From positions 1 to 45,338 of IMG/VR virus record IMGVR_UViG_3300003973_000003: a stretch of 45,338 nt of DNA; one strand, written 5' to 3'. Below, in pieces: positions 28,535 through 36,578 of the stretch (the stretch's first letter is position 1; each line of letters opens with the position of its first letter). This stretch comes from a virus. Made by a program: the position numbers and the translations under genes. The notes below the pieces were generated by a model. The model made no database searches, had not been told where the DNA came from, and saw only the letters and a program-made list of their open reading frames with translations.

Positions 28535-30130
28535 CTATGTTGGTTTTACAAGTTTGATCTTAGTTGCCCTGCGGTTGTTACCAGCCAACACACGGTAACG
28601 GGTTTCGTCATAAATGTGGTCTTCGGCTGTTTGGTCTACATTTTCCATGTCTTTCGGGTCGCGTGTCAAGTTAGGTAGGATAGCGATAGAAGCCCTACAG
28701 CAGTCCATCCAGTAAATCCCCGGCCCTTCGCCTTCTACAGATGCCGTCATGCGTTCGCGTATCAGTTCCAGGCCAATAGCGCGGCTTCCAGATGACTTGT
28801 CACTTTTCAGCCATTTAATACCAACGTCGGACATTCGTTTCTCTGTCGTTTCGATTTCGCTATCGTTGACGTTTCGAATCTGGTTATCCGCTGGCCCCGC
28901 GTGCGGTTGTGTACGTATCCAGCCTTTAGCCATCAAAGCAATTTCGATATCCCGAATACCTTCGGCGATACGCTTCGCTCCGTATTTCAAGCCCTTGTTC
29001 GTGCCGATTTCTTCGGTCAAATACCATTCCCATAATCGAATAAGCGTTCCTGGCGGCGGACAGAACACGGAACCGTCAGGCATAATTGCCTCTTCGCCGT
29101 TCGCTTCCGCCCACCAGCCGACCGATGCGGGGGCCGTCGAACCCCAGTCGAACGAACGGTCGATACGCCACCCTTCGGGGATAACGAACCTCTTAACAAC
29201 GTGTACTTGCGGGAACCACACATCATCGAACGCACCACCGGCAACAATGTTCCAATCACCCATAAGCCATGCCTTACGACGGTTTTCGTCCTTTTCGGCG
29301 TTAAGTTCGGCGACGTATTTCGGCGAAAGGTAAATGTTTTCAACGTACGATCCGAAGATTGCGACTTGCGTAATGTCGATTTGAACGTCCTCTTGTGTTC
29401 CAGGGTCGAACACAACTTGACTCTTTCGGACTACCGTACCGTAAGGGGCTGGATCGATAAATCGATTTTTAACCCATCCGTGACCTGGGCCGTACGGGTT
29501 ACATGTGCTGAATACTTCTAGCGGAATCTCACGCATCGGTTGACGTATTGCGTGTTTGTGATTTCGTTGTACGCGTACCATCTGGCCATACTGACGGTAT
29601 ATTTCGCCGTCAATAAACGGGGCGTTTTTAGCTACGGTAAACGAACTTCGGTTAGTTGACATCATCATGTCATACAGGGTACTTGTGGGGTACTTGGTTA
29701 ATTCGTTCCAGCCTAAATATGCAAACTCTTGACCGTGATAATCCCAATAGTCGGCCTCTGTTTTAACTACTCGGAATAGTAATTCTTCGCCAGTCTTCCA
29801 CACCCATTTAAGCGCGGACGTACCGGCATGGAACTTTGCACCATCACCGAACGCGTTGAACCAACGTTTCGATTTCGAAATCAAGTCATCTAAGTTTTTA
29901 TATTCACGGTCGAAGATAACGCCACGCCAGAACGGGCCGTATCCGATGCCCACATTACGGCGGTATCGCATTAGCTGCGTGTCGGTCTTACCGGGGCCGC
30001 GTGCGCCAGTGTACAACGTGTGATCGGCCCGCGACGCCAGGGCGAATTCTTGCGATGTTCCGGGGATAGGTTCCCAAACGACATTTGCGTTTTCAGGCGT
30101 CCATATCTTCTTTTCGGGTACAAAGATCAT
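28535..30130 (-). CDS. terL: Terminase large subunit
   Basis: 531 aa. Walker A TGARGPGKT, and a C-terminal nuclease-type region with conserved acidic residues. Portal lies downstream. Confidence 0.9.
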   Translation of the reverse strand: MIFVPEKKIWTPENANVVWEPIPGTSQEFALASRADHTLYTGARGPGKTDTQLMRYRRNVGIGYGPFWRGVIFDREYKNLDDLISKSKRWFNAFGDGAKFHAGTSALKWVWKTGEELLFRVVKTEADYWDYHGQEFAYLGWNELTKYPTSTLYDMMMSTNRSSFTVAKNAPFIDGEIYRQYGQMVRVQRNHKHAIRQPMREIPLEVFSTCNPYGPGHGWVKNRFIDPAPYGTVVRKSQVVFDPGTQEDVQIDITQVAIFGSYVENIYLSPKYVAELNAEKDENRRKAWLMGDWNIVAGGAFDDVWFPQVHVVKRFVIPEGWRIDRSFDWGSTAPASVGWWAEANGEEAIMPDGSVFCPPPGTLIRLWEWYLTEEIGTNKGLKYGAKRIAEGIRDIEIALMAKGWIRTQPHAGPADNQIRNVNDSEIETTEKRMSDVGIKWLKSDKSSGSRAIGLELIRERMTASVEGEGPGIYWMDCCRASIAILPNLTRDPKDMENVDQTAEDHIYDETRYRVLAGNNRRATKIKLVKPT

Positions 30131-30612
30131 GCCTTATCTTTCGGAGTCTGTTTGGCAACGTGCTTACCACTTGTCAGCCTTTCCTGTTGCTCTTTCATTT
30201 TCTGTTCCCATTCCTTATCTGATCCGTGTTCGCGGACGATCATTACCGACGGAATCACGTTGGCGTCATGTACGGCTGGCGACGGCTTGTCAATGAAGCT
30301 ACGTACTTCGGCATACAGCTTCGCGGCTTTAAGTCTGTCGTCCATACTTGCGGCCGTGTCTTCGGCCATAGTCCACACCAGACGGGCCAAGTCGGCTTTG
30401 TTCGGCAATGTTTCTTCGTTGGCTGATTCCTGACGTAACCGTTCGACTTCCGACAGAACGTATTCGTCCTTCGGGAGCGTTGCGGCCATTGCGGCCATAT
30501 CGGTAGTTGACGCGTCAGCGCCCATAGCGAATTTCGCCGCGCCGAAACGGTCAAGAGGATTTGCAAAAAGAAAAGCCGCAAAAGCGGCTTTATCGTCAAC
30601 GGTGTAAGTCAT
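30127..30612 (-). CDS. Putative terminase small subunit
   Basis: 161 aa with an ATGA overlap with terL. The call rests on position only. Confidence 0.5.
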   Translation of the reverse strand: MTYTVDDKAAFAAFLFANPLDRFGAAKFAMGADASTTDMAAMAATLPKDEYVLSEVERLRQESANEETLPNKADLARLVWTMAEDTAASMDDRLKAAKLYAEVRSFIDKPSPAVHDANVIPSVMIVREHGSDKEWEQKMKEQQERLTSGKHVAKQTPKDKA

Positions 30613-30666
30613 GATCGAAGCCTGTTTATCTGGTACACGAATAATACAACAGACTTCGATTATTTT

Positions 30667-30867
30667 CTATTTAATTGCGACGCATACCGTTTTATGCGCG
30701 ATGTTATGTTCCAGGATTTGCCTCGCTGTTCCTGGCGTTAATACGTCGGCCTTCGAAATGTAAATCGGAGTAGACCAGACGCAACCCGTATCAGTCACGC
30801 GACCAGTCGTCGCGCAACCGGCTAATAACATCATCGTCATCAGCTTTAGATATTTCTGCTTTTGCAT
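30667..30867 (-). CDS. o-spanin (Rz1-like outer-membrane lipoprotein)
   Basis: 66 aa from the internal ATG 30867 with SD AAAGG. The lipobox is MMLLAGC. The gene starts inside the i-spanin gene in another frame and extends beyond it. Confidence 0.8.
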   Translation of the reverse strand: MQKQKYLKLMTMMLLAGCATTGRVTDTGCVWSTPIYISKADVLTPGTARQILEHNIAHKTVCVAIK

Positions 30868-31048
30868 CGCTAACCTTTCTGTTCTGGTTTGCGGTTGCTT
30901 CGGCCAATTCGATATCTTTATTGGCCTTGTCAACCGCGATCTTGTTTTCGGCCTGAACGACCCCGCTGTTCTTTCCGACTTTAAAAACGGCAAACATCGC
31001 CCCGATTACTGCAATGATGCCCACAATAAGCCCTGCGATGGTTTCCAT
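30791..31048 (-). CDS. i-spanin (Rz-like)
   Basis: 85 aa from the internal ATG 31048, which overlaps the endolysin stop (TGATG). The N-terminal TM is ETIAGLIVGIIAVIGAMFAVF, followed by a charged coiled coil. Confidence 0.8.
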   Translation of the reverse strand: METIAGLIVGIIAVIGAMFAVFKVGKNSGVVQAENKIAVDKANKDIELAEATANQNRKVSDAKAEISKADDDDVISRLRDDWSRD

Positions 31049-31485
31049 CAAATCCCCCGCGTGTACGTTGTCGGTTTGCCTTTGGTGAAATGCGCCGTCA
31101 GGATTTCGCACCGTTGTTCGCCTTCGCGCAAACCGATGTGAATCCACGTTTGTTCGTAAATCAGTTGATCGAACACGATACCGGCTTTGATAATGCGTTC
31201 GGCCAATTGAATCGGAGTACAGTTGCGGCAGGTAATATCCGCAGCCAGCCCGAAACGATGAGCCGACTTGTCCGAACCACCCACGGCAGCATTGACAGCA
31301 GGGGATCGGTAGCCGCTGGACACGATAAGCGGCCCGCCAGCAGCTTTGCGCACCTCTTCCAATACCTTCGCCAGCCGCAACAGATTGGATTGAATGGCGG
31401 GCGTCGGCGTGTTGTCCAGGCCGCGACTAACGGCCGTGGCTGAGTAGGTCAGTTCGGCCAGGGTGAAATGGTCTGTAAGTTTCAT
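31048..31485 (-). CDS. Endolysin, peptidase M15 family (L-alanyl-D-glutamate / D-Ala-D-Ala peptidase type)
   Basis: 145 aa. Motifs: FTLAELTYS, SGYRSPAVNAAVGGSDKSAHRFGLAADI. Confidence 0.9.
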   Translation of the reverse strand: MKLTDHFTLAELTYSATAVSRGLDNTPTPAIQSNLLRLAKVLEEVRKAAGGPLIVSSGYRSPAVNAAVGGSDKSAHRFGLAADITCRNCTPIQLAERIIKAGIVFDQLIYEQTWIHIGLREGEQRCEILTAHFTKGKPTTYTRGI

Positions 31486-31487
31486 GG

Positions 31488-31751
31488 TTAGCCTTTCTTA
31501 ATGTTGTTCTGCTTAACGAACCGCGACACCAGGGCTAGGGCCATAATGGACGGGCCGACATACGGCAGGACAGTTGCGGGGATTACGTCCTTCACCTCTT
31601 GCGGCATCGCGGCCCAATGGGAGTATGCGTCAATCGGGAATTCCAGCATGTAATACTGGAACGCGACACCGATAATCGACAGTTGAACCGATAGATATTT
31701 CCAGGCTTGACGCCATTCGGCGATAAGTTCAATCTTTAATTTTTGCAGCAT
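31488..31751 (-). CDS. Putative holin (two TM segments)
   Basis: 87 aa immediately upstream of the endolysin. Hydrophobic segments: LSVQLSIIGVAFQYYML and LPYVGPSIMALALVSRFV. Confidence 0.55.
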   Translation of the reverse strand: MLQKLKIELIAEWRQAWKYLSVQLSIIGVAFQYYMLEFPIDAYSHWAAMPQEVKDVIPATVLPYVGPSIMALALVSRFVKQNNIKKG

Positions 31752-32142
31752 AGTTAATACCCTTTAATTGAAATTCAATGATAGACATTCGGCGATCTAG
31801 TATCGCTTCCTGTCCGTGAATAGATTGCAGCGTGTTATAGCCGAATCCAATAATACCGGCAGCACTCAAGCCCGCCACCGTCGAACAAATCTTCCATATA
31901 AGACTATGTGACGAAACAACGTTGTTCTGCTTATTCATCGCATTCTTAATGGACGATTGCGCCTGAAACAACCGCCCCGCCTGTTCCTGCAATATTTCAA
32001 CGTCCCTTTCAATAAGCGGGATAGCATCGAGCTTGCTGTGTATCCCTCGAATTGATTCGGCTAGACCTTCGCACGTAACTAACAGGCGAGAAACCCGGTC
32101 AACTAGCAATGCGAGTTCAACCGGCGATAGAGTTGGGTTCAT
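31729..32142 (-). CDS. Lysis-cassette membrane protein (single TM; holin/antiholin candidate)
   Basis: 137 aa with TM LIWKICSTVAGLSAAGIIGFGY. It overlaps the next gene by 23 nt, and no obvious SD is present. Confidence 0.5.
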   Translation of the reverse strand: MNPTLSPVELALLVDRVSRLLVTCEGLAESIRGIHSKLDAIPLIERDVEILQEQAGRLFQAQSSIKNAMNKQNNVVSSHSLIWKICSTVAGLSAAGIIGFGYNTLQSIHGQEAILDRRMSIIEFQLKGINYAAKIKD

Positions 32143-32192
32143 AACAATATATCTTAGTTTGGAGTAACCCGAATGGTAACGCGATTCCCCAT

Positions 32193-32228
32193 AAAAGAAA
32201 AGCCCGGAACGAATTAACGTTCCAGGCT
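32193..32228 (-). terminator. Rho-independent terminator after the 224-aa gene
   Basis: Minus strand AGCCUGGAACG-uuaauu-CGUUCCGGGCU followed by UUUCUUUU. Confidence 0.8.
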
Positions 32229-32251
32229 TTAATTACCTAACTGCCGATTTA

Positions 32252-32926
32252 TTATTCGGCTTCGGTATCGGTATCGTCAGCGCCGCCGACAGCGATGCGG
32301 AAGACAGCGCCGCCCTTCATACCGGCGTACTGTTCGCCCCACGGTGCGCCGTCTTCGACGTTGCGGACGATGAACTTGCGATCTTGCGTGGTCATCGGCA
32401 CAATGTTGCCTTTGCGGTTCACGCGGGTTTGGCCTGGGACTTCGGTCGAGAAACGAGCATTGGCGGTCGTGACGGTGGAAGCCATCGACTTCGCAATGTT
32501 TTTGCGGTCTTCGGTTTCAGGCACGAAGAACGACATGCCGATTTCGAGCGCGTCGAACGGGTAGGACGAACCCGGCGAGTTGCGCGGCGCACGGACGGTC
32601 TGCGGGATGGCGATACCCGACACCAGGGCGAACGACGGTTTCACTTTTGCGGCAGGGGCTGGCGTGTTCGGGGCATCGCCGCCAACGTCGGCTTCTTTCG
32701 GTTTCGACGCTTCATGTTCGGCCAGGGCGGCAGTGCCTTTTTCGGTAATGCGAACGGCCGGGTTGCCTTCTTCGTCCTTGAAGTCTGCCGACGGGTTCAC
32801 TTGAACCAGACCGTCTTTTTCCAGCGGTTTAGCCGAAGCGGCCGACACGTTTGCGTAGCCGACGGACGACAGGGAACCGGCAGCGATGATAGCCAGCAAT
32901 GCGAAGTTGATTTCTTTCTTAGCCAT
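32252..32926 (-). CDS. Unknown-function 224-aa protein in its own promoter-terminator unit
   Basis: G/C-ending codon bias like the capsid gene. The N-terminus MAKKEINFALLAIIAAGSLSSVGYANVSAASAKPLEKDGLVQV...VRITEKGTAAL is either signal-peptide-like or winged-helix-like. An A/P/K linker and a C-terminal domain YPFDALEIGMSFFVP...RKFIVRNVEDG follow. Confidence 0.8.
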   Translation of the reverse strand: MAKKEINFALLAIIAAGSLSSVGYANVSAASAKPLEKDGLVQVNPSADFKDEEGNPAVRITEKGTAALAEHEASKPKEADVGGDAPNTPAPAAKVKPSFALVSGIAIPQTVRAPRNSPGSSYPFDALEIGMSFFVPETEDRKNIAKSMASTVTTANARFSTEVPGQTRVNRKGNIVPMTTQDRKFIVRNVEDGAPWGEQYAGMKGGAVFRIAVGGADDTDTEAE

Positions 32927-32994
32927 GATATTTCCAATCTATTTAAGTGTTTCGGTTTAACTACTGGGTTGTGTTGTTCTGTAAGACAAGTGCT

Positions 32995-33022
32995 ATTCTA
33001 CAGCATTCATCCGGTCTTGCAA
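32995..33022 (-). promoter_or_regulatory. Sigma70-like promoter TTGCAA-N16-TAGAAT for the 224-aa gene
   Basis: Minus strand TTGCAAgaccggatgaatgctgTAGAATagc. It shares ctgTAGAATa with the promoter at 39575-39602. Confidence 0.6.
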
Positions 33023-33217
33023 CTACTTTTTAAAACATTTTGATAAATAATCTTCGCCGTCTTCCTCCTTTCTGAAATCTGGCCATGTGCCGTCGCTGAC
33101 TTTGACACAGTAATCGATTTCGTCCTGTACCGCGTCTTCGTAGTCAGCCCAGGATACGATAGCGAAAGCTACCAGGGCGACAGCACATTGCAGTGCGATG
33201 CATGCCGATTTCTTCAT
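33023..33217 (-). CDS. Small secreted or membrane protein
   Basis: 64 aa. The N-terminus MKKSACIALQCAVALVAFAIVSWA is signal-peptide-like. ATGA overlap with the upstream gene. Confidence 0.6.
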   Translation of the reverse strand: MKKSACIALQCAVALVAFAIVSWADYEDAVQDEIDYCVKVSDGTWPDFRKEEDGEDYLSKCFKK

Positions 33218-33429
33218 GGGTTTGCCTTTTCGAATTTAATGTCGGCTTCCAAAGCAGCGATGATTGCCGCGTCGTCTTCGTCGTCCATACTCATAAGGAA
33301 CGATTCCACCTTTTGAGGCGTGTTCATGTGGGCACATTTGACAGGAACCCAGTCGTTCAAGCTGTCGGCGTCGTGCGGGAGCATCACCCTGATTACAACA
33401 CCACTCGGAAGCCTAACATTCGTTTGCAT
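33214..33429 (-). CDS. Hypothetical protein
   Basis: 71-aa ORF, coupled, in the same orientation as the operon. Confidence 0.5.
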   Translation of the reverse strand: MQTNVRLPSGVVIRVMLPHDADSLNDWVPVKCAHMNTPQKVESFLMSMDDEDDAAIIAALEADIKFEKANP

Positions 33430-33461
33430 TTCGGATACTCCGTTTCGTTGATATGGACGTA

Positions 33462-34064
33462 TTATGCCGGATACACTTTAGGGCTGTCAAGATCGATTTC
33501 GAGGTATTCGAGTAAAATATCCCGTGCATGAATCCAGCCGAAGCAAACTACACATGCGTACCCGGCTTCTTTCAGATCGGCAATCATAGTTACCTGTTCG
33601 GGCGAAAGATCGGCCATCGTGCCATTCTTACGTTTCATTTCAATGAACAGACCGCCGTAGATGATACTGTTGAACTGTTTCATGTGAGCCAGGAACAGAT
33701 CAGGAACGCCTTTCTTGACGCCTTCGGCCTTAGCCTGACATGCAGCCTCGATTGATCGTTCACCACCGTTGGGAGTTGCCCACAATCGGCGCAATGCGGG
33801 TGCCAGTCCGTTGCGACTGATAGCATTGGCCCAGGCCATCAACGCCGCCTGTTCGCCGTGTTCTGTCCCTTTTGCGCAAATGTCTTTCGGCAGAATCTTT
33901 CCGCCCGTCCATTCGCCCCTTAGTGCTGCCCGCAGTACATGCGTGGTAACGTCGGTTACGTCGTCCAGGTCTTCGCCGGTCATCATTTCGGCGGCTTGTT
34001 TCTTATCACACGCGACGTACGATTCGGAATTAGGGTGGTATAACAAGTGAGTGTAATTCGGCAT
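33462..34064 (-). CDS. VRR-NUC domain nuclease
   Basis: 200 aa. EHGEQAALMAWAN..., GVKKGVPDLFL, GGLFIEMKRKNGTMADLSPEQ..., LKEAGYACVVCFGW match the PD-(D/E)XK VRR-NUC pattern. Confidence 0.8.
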   Translation of the reverse strand: MPNYTHLLYHPNSESYVACDKKQAAEMMTGEDLDDVTDVTTHVLRAALRGEWTGGKILPKDICAKGTEHGEQAALMAWANAISRNGLAPALRRLWATPNGGERSIEAACQAKAEGVKKGVPDLFLAHMKQFNSIIYGGLFIEMKRKNGTMADLSPEQVTMIADLKEAGYACVVCFGWIHARDILLEYLEIDLDSPKVYPA

Positions 34065-34073
34065 TTCGGCCCC

Positions 34074-34292
34074 TTAGTTGAGTTGTAAATGTGCTTTTCC
34101 TGCTTTCGGATTATACCACACGTTATCCGGCCGTGTCTTCGAACCTATTGGCGCCCATGCGCTCCAGCGAACTTGATTCAAATAATGGCGGCGATTGTGT
34201 CGGCTGTACCAGAATCCATCCGAACCCTTGGCAAACTGTACGCGTTTCCCGCTACCTACGCTATAAATAGGTACTTCTTCGAACTTGGTCAT
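34074..34292 (-). CDS. Hypothetical protein
   Basis: 72 aa with SD AGGGG upstream. Confidence 0.5.
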   Translation of the reverse strand: MTKFEEVPIYSVGSGKRVQFAKGSDGFWYSRHNRRHYLNQVRWSAWAPIGSKTRPDNVWYNPKAGKAHLQLN

Positions 34293-34335
34293 GTGAACCC
34301 CTAATGACTAAACCGGCTTGCGCCGGTTCGGTTGA

Positions 34336-35040
34336 TTATTCGTTAGTGAACGCGGTACGGATCGTTTCGAGCTTGGCCCTGGCCCGCTGTAACGCTTTGG
34401 CGTTAGCAATGCAGTCGGCTTCGGCTTTGCATCGTTTCTTGTACTCTTCGTTCGTGCGCGCCTCTTGGTGCTTTACACTGTGTTCCAGTTGCACGCGAAT
34501 ACCTTCGGACTTTTTCAGCAGCGCAAGTAATTCGTCATGCTTGCGTCGCAGTGCTGCGATTGTTACGTCGCGGCTATCGGCGAAGATATCAGGCCGTTCG
34601 GAGTTTGCTTTTTCCTGTTCATGGTTAACCCATTCGGGGACTGCTTTAGTCGTCACACTTGGCCCCCAGGGGATAGCGTTAGCTTCGGCCAGGGTTTCGG
34701 ACTTAGGCGGCAACGCGAACGCCGGTACGAGCGGGACAGGTTTCTTGCGTTTGATTTCGGTCTTGTACTTAACCTTGTCGGCCATTCGCCGCTCGTCCGC
34801 CAGTAATGGTTTGTTTGCCATGCGAAATACTTCGTTGAAAGCGTTGGCGTCAACAGGTATGTTGCGACCGACAGTCATGTCACGGGTCGTTCCGTTGGTC
34901 GAGCCTAACCACGCATCAATGGCGCGGTGTTTGCCGTTAACGCGAACGTGCATATTGTCGAACTGTTCGAACACTAACCCGGCTTCGTTACACAAGTTGC
35001 GCAAGAAGTTGATTCGCATACCTGCCGTTGCTTTGTTCAT
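34336..35040 (-). CDS. Hypothetical protein with a C-terminal coiled coil
   Basis: 234 aa with protein-like composition. The fully overlapping + strand ORF 34304..35062 is S/L/A/R-rich, as expected for a shadow ORF. Confidence 0.7.
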   Translation of the reverse strand: MNKATAGMRINFLRNLCNEAGLVFEQFDNMHVRVNGKHRAIDAWLGSTNGTTRDMTVGRNIPVDANAFNEVFRMANKPLLADERRMADKVKYKTEIKRKKPVPLVPAFALPPKSETLAEANAIPWGPSVTTKAVPEWVNHEQEKANSERPDIFADSRDVTIAALRRKHDELLALLKKSEGIRVQLEHSVKHQEARTNEEYKKRCKAEADCIANAKALQRARAKLETIRTAFTNE

Positions 35041-35282
35041 TTTGTGCCACCTTTCGATTTAAGAGCTTCGATTCTAACAGAACGTTCAATCGAACGCAAC
35101 ATGTTTGTAGCCTGACGATGAAATTCTGCCGTACGATGCGCTTGCGACGCAACATCGTTCAAGCCTTTCGACTTAATGATCGTGGCCGATTCGTCCAGCT
35201 TTGCGGCGTCACGGGCAAACGCCTTGTACTGGGTATTATGCCAGTCCCGTAATTGTGCGAGGGTCATGTTTCGGCCTACCAT
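35037..35282 (-). CDS. Hypothetical protein
   Basis: 81 aa with an ATGA-type overlap with the downstream gene. Confidence 0.55.
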   Translation of the reverse strand: MVGRNMTLAQLRDWHNTQYKAFARDAAKLDESATIIKSKGLNDVASQAHRTAEFHRQATNMLRSIERSVRIEALKSKGGTK

Positions 35283-35587
35283 ACCGGACGGGCGCGTTCG
35301 CTAATACGAACAAACGTCGCTGCGAATTCGACAGTAACCCGCTTGATTTCGGCGTTAGGATTTGCAGCCATTACGGCGTCACACAACATACGGATACGAA
35401 CGGAACTTTCCGAACCGGGGCTGTTATCCCATTGCGATTTGAGTTTCGCAGCTTCGCTATGGGCTTGACCCAGGCTGTCGCAAAACGCGACGGTGACTGT
35501 TGCGATTACGTATTTCTCGCCGTCCTTTGTCGCTGCCGTGAATTCAGCCAGGACGCCATTACTTACTTTAAATTCAGTCATTACCAC
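35276..35587 (-). CDS. Hypothetical protein
   Basis: 103 aa with SD AGGAG upstream (aataggagtagtggtaATG). Confidence 0.6.
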   Translation of the reverse strand: MVMTEFKVSNGVLAEFTAATKDGEKYVIATVTVAFCDSLGQAHSEAAKLKSQWDNSPGSESSVRIRMLCDAVMAANPNAEIKRVTVEFAATFVRISERARPVW

Positions 35588-35623
35588 TACTCCTATTAGA
35601 TGCCCACATTAGGGCCGGGGTGC

Positions 35624-35842
35624 TTATTGTACCGCGACGAAGCGGCCAGCGCTATCCAGGCAACCGACCGTCACAATGCGGCCTTCGATACGTCCGCTGG
35701 TGAAATCCTGGCCCTTGGTTTCGCATTCAGTCGCGGCCTTGATGATTTCGGCGTTGCTGAGTGCGTACGCTTTGACTACATGGGCTTGCGTGGTGCAGCC
35801 AGCCAGGGTAAAGACGATTGCGGCGATAATGATTCGGTTCAT
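35624..35842 (-). CDS. Small lipoprotein
   Basis: 72 aa from the internal ATG 35842 with SD AGGAG 8 nt upstream. MNRIIIAAIVFTLAGC carries a canonical lipobox. Confidence 0.7.
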   Translation of the reverse strand: MNRIIIAAIVFTLAGCTTQAHVVKAYALSNAEIIKAATECETKGQDFTSGRIEGRIVTVGCLDSAGRFVAVQ

Positions 35843-35908
35843 GTTGTTCACTCCTAATATTGGTTTCGACGCACACAGTATCGCATTGCGTACGCCGAAT
35901 GTCAAACG

Positions 35909-36565
35909 CTATTTACAGAACATACGCAGCCATTTCGGCGTCCACGATGCAGAGTTAACAGCACCCTGAATAAAACAAGTCAACGTGTCGTTAGTATGTT
36001 TCAACGCACCGATTTCAACCGTCATTGCTCCGACGACTCCGTGTTGCGTTGCGTTGTCCGCTTTGAGCATTTCGACTTCGACACGGAGTTTCGCGGCGTT
36101 GGCGTCGGAAGTCTTGCGGGCTTTGGTGAGACTTTCGTTGCGTTCACGTTCTACCATCGCTTCGATGTTAAGCGTTGCGATCTTTTCCGACATAACCCTA
36201 ACCCCTTTCGCCAGCCGTTCAACGTCATTGTGCGACGTTCCCAGGTCAACGCGAAGTTGTTGCAGTTCTGTCGTCATCGCTTCGTTATCCCGAAGCGCCA
36301 AGTTATGCGATTCGGCCATTGCGTCGTAAGCCGCTTGCAGGTTCTCCGTCAACTTACGCTGATTAGTCAGTTCGTTCATGTGTTGCAGGATGACGGGATC
36401 GTGCGGCGGGCTTTCGGTAGTACCTTCGATACCGATTTCTTGACGGTGTTGCTGCAAGAGCGCCGACATTTGCGGCAGCGTGTACATGCCGACCAGATCG
36501 CCGGTATTCGTGCGCTGGCACATCCCATGCGCGTTCATGAGTTTGACTACATGTTGATTGTTCAT
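35909..36565 (-). CDS. Hypothetical coiled-coil protein
   Basis: 218 aa from ATG 36565 (MNNQHVV...) with SD AAAGGGG. Long heptad-like charged helices. Confidence 0.6.
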   Translation of the reverse strand: MNNQHVVKLMNAHGMCQRTNTGDLVGMYTLPQMSALLQQHRQEIGIEGTTESPPHDPVILQHMNELTNQRKLTENLQAAYDAMAESHNLALRDNEAMTTELQQLRVDLGTSHNDVERLAKGVRVMSEKIATLNIEAMVERERNESLTKARKTSDANAAKLRVEVEMLKADNATQHGVVGAMTVEIGALKHTNDTLTCFIQGAVNSASWTPKWLRMFCK

Positions 36566-36578
36566 GCTCGTTACCCCT

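Noticed and set aside
32384-33043. A 219-aa + strand ORF lies opposite the 224-aa gene
   Set aside because: It is the same GC3 shadow effect. It crosses the promoter and leader of the real gene, and its translation is R/G/F-rich.
34311-34328. A hairpin aaccggc-ttgc-gccggtt downstream of gene 34336..35040 considered as an intrinsic terminator
   Set aside because: The stem is good, but it is followed on the minus strand by TTAGTCATT rather than a U-run. It is more likely an RNA-stabilising or pausing hairpin.
34304-35062. A 252-aa + strand ORF fully overlaps gene 34336..35040
   Set aside because: Its S/L/A/R-rich composition is typical of an antisense shadow. It has no SD and runs against the operon orientation. 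The minus-strand product has normal composition and is coupled to its neighbours.
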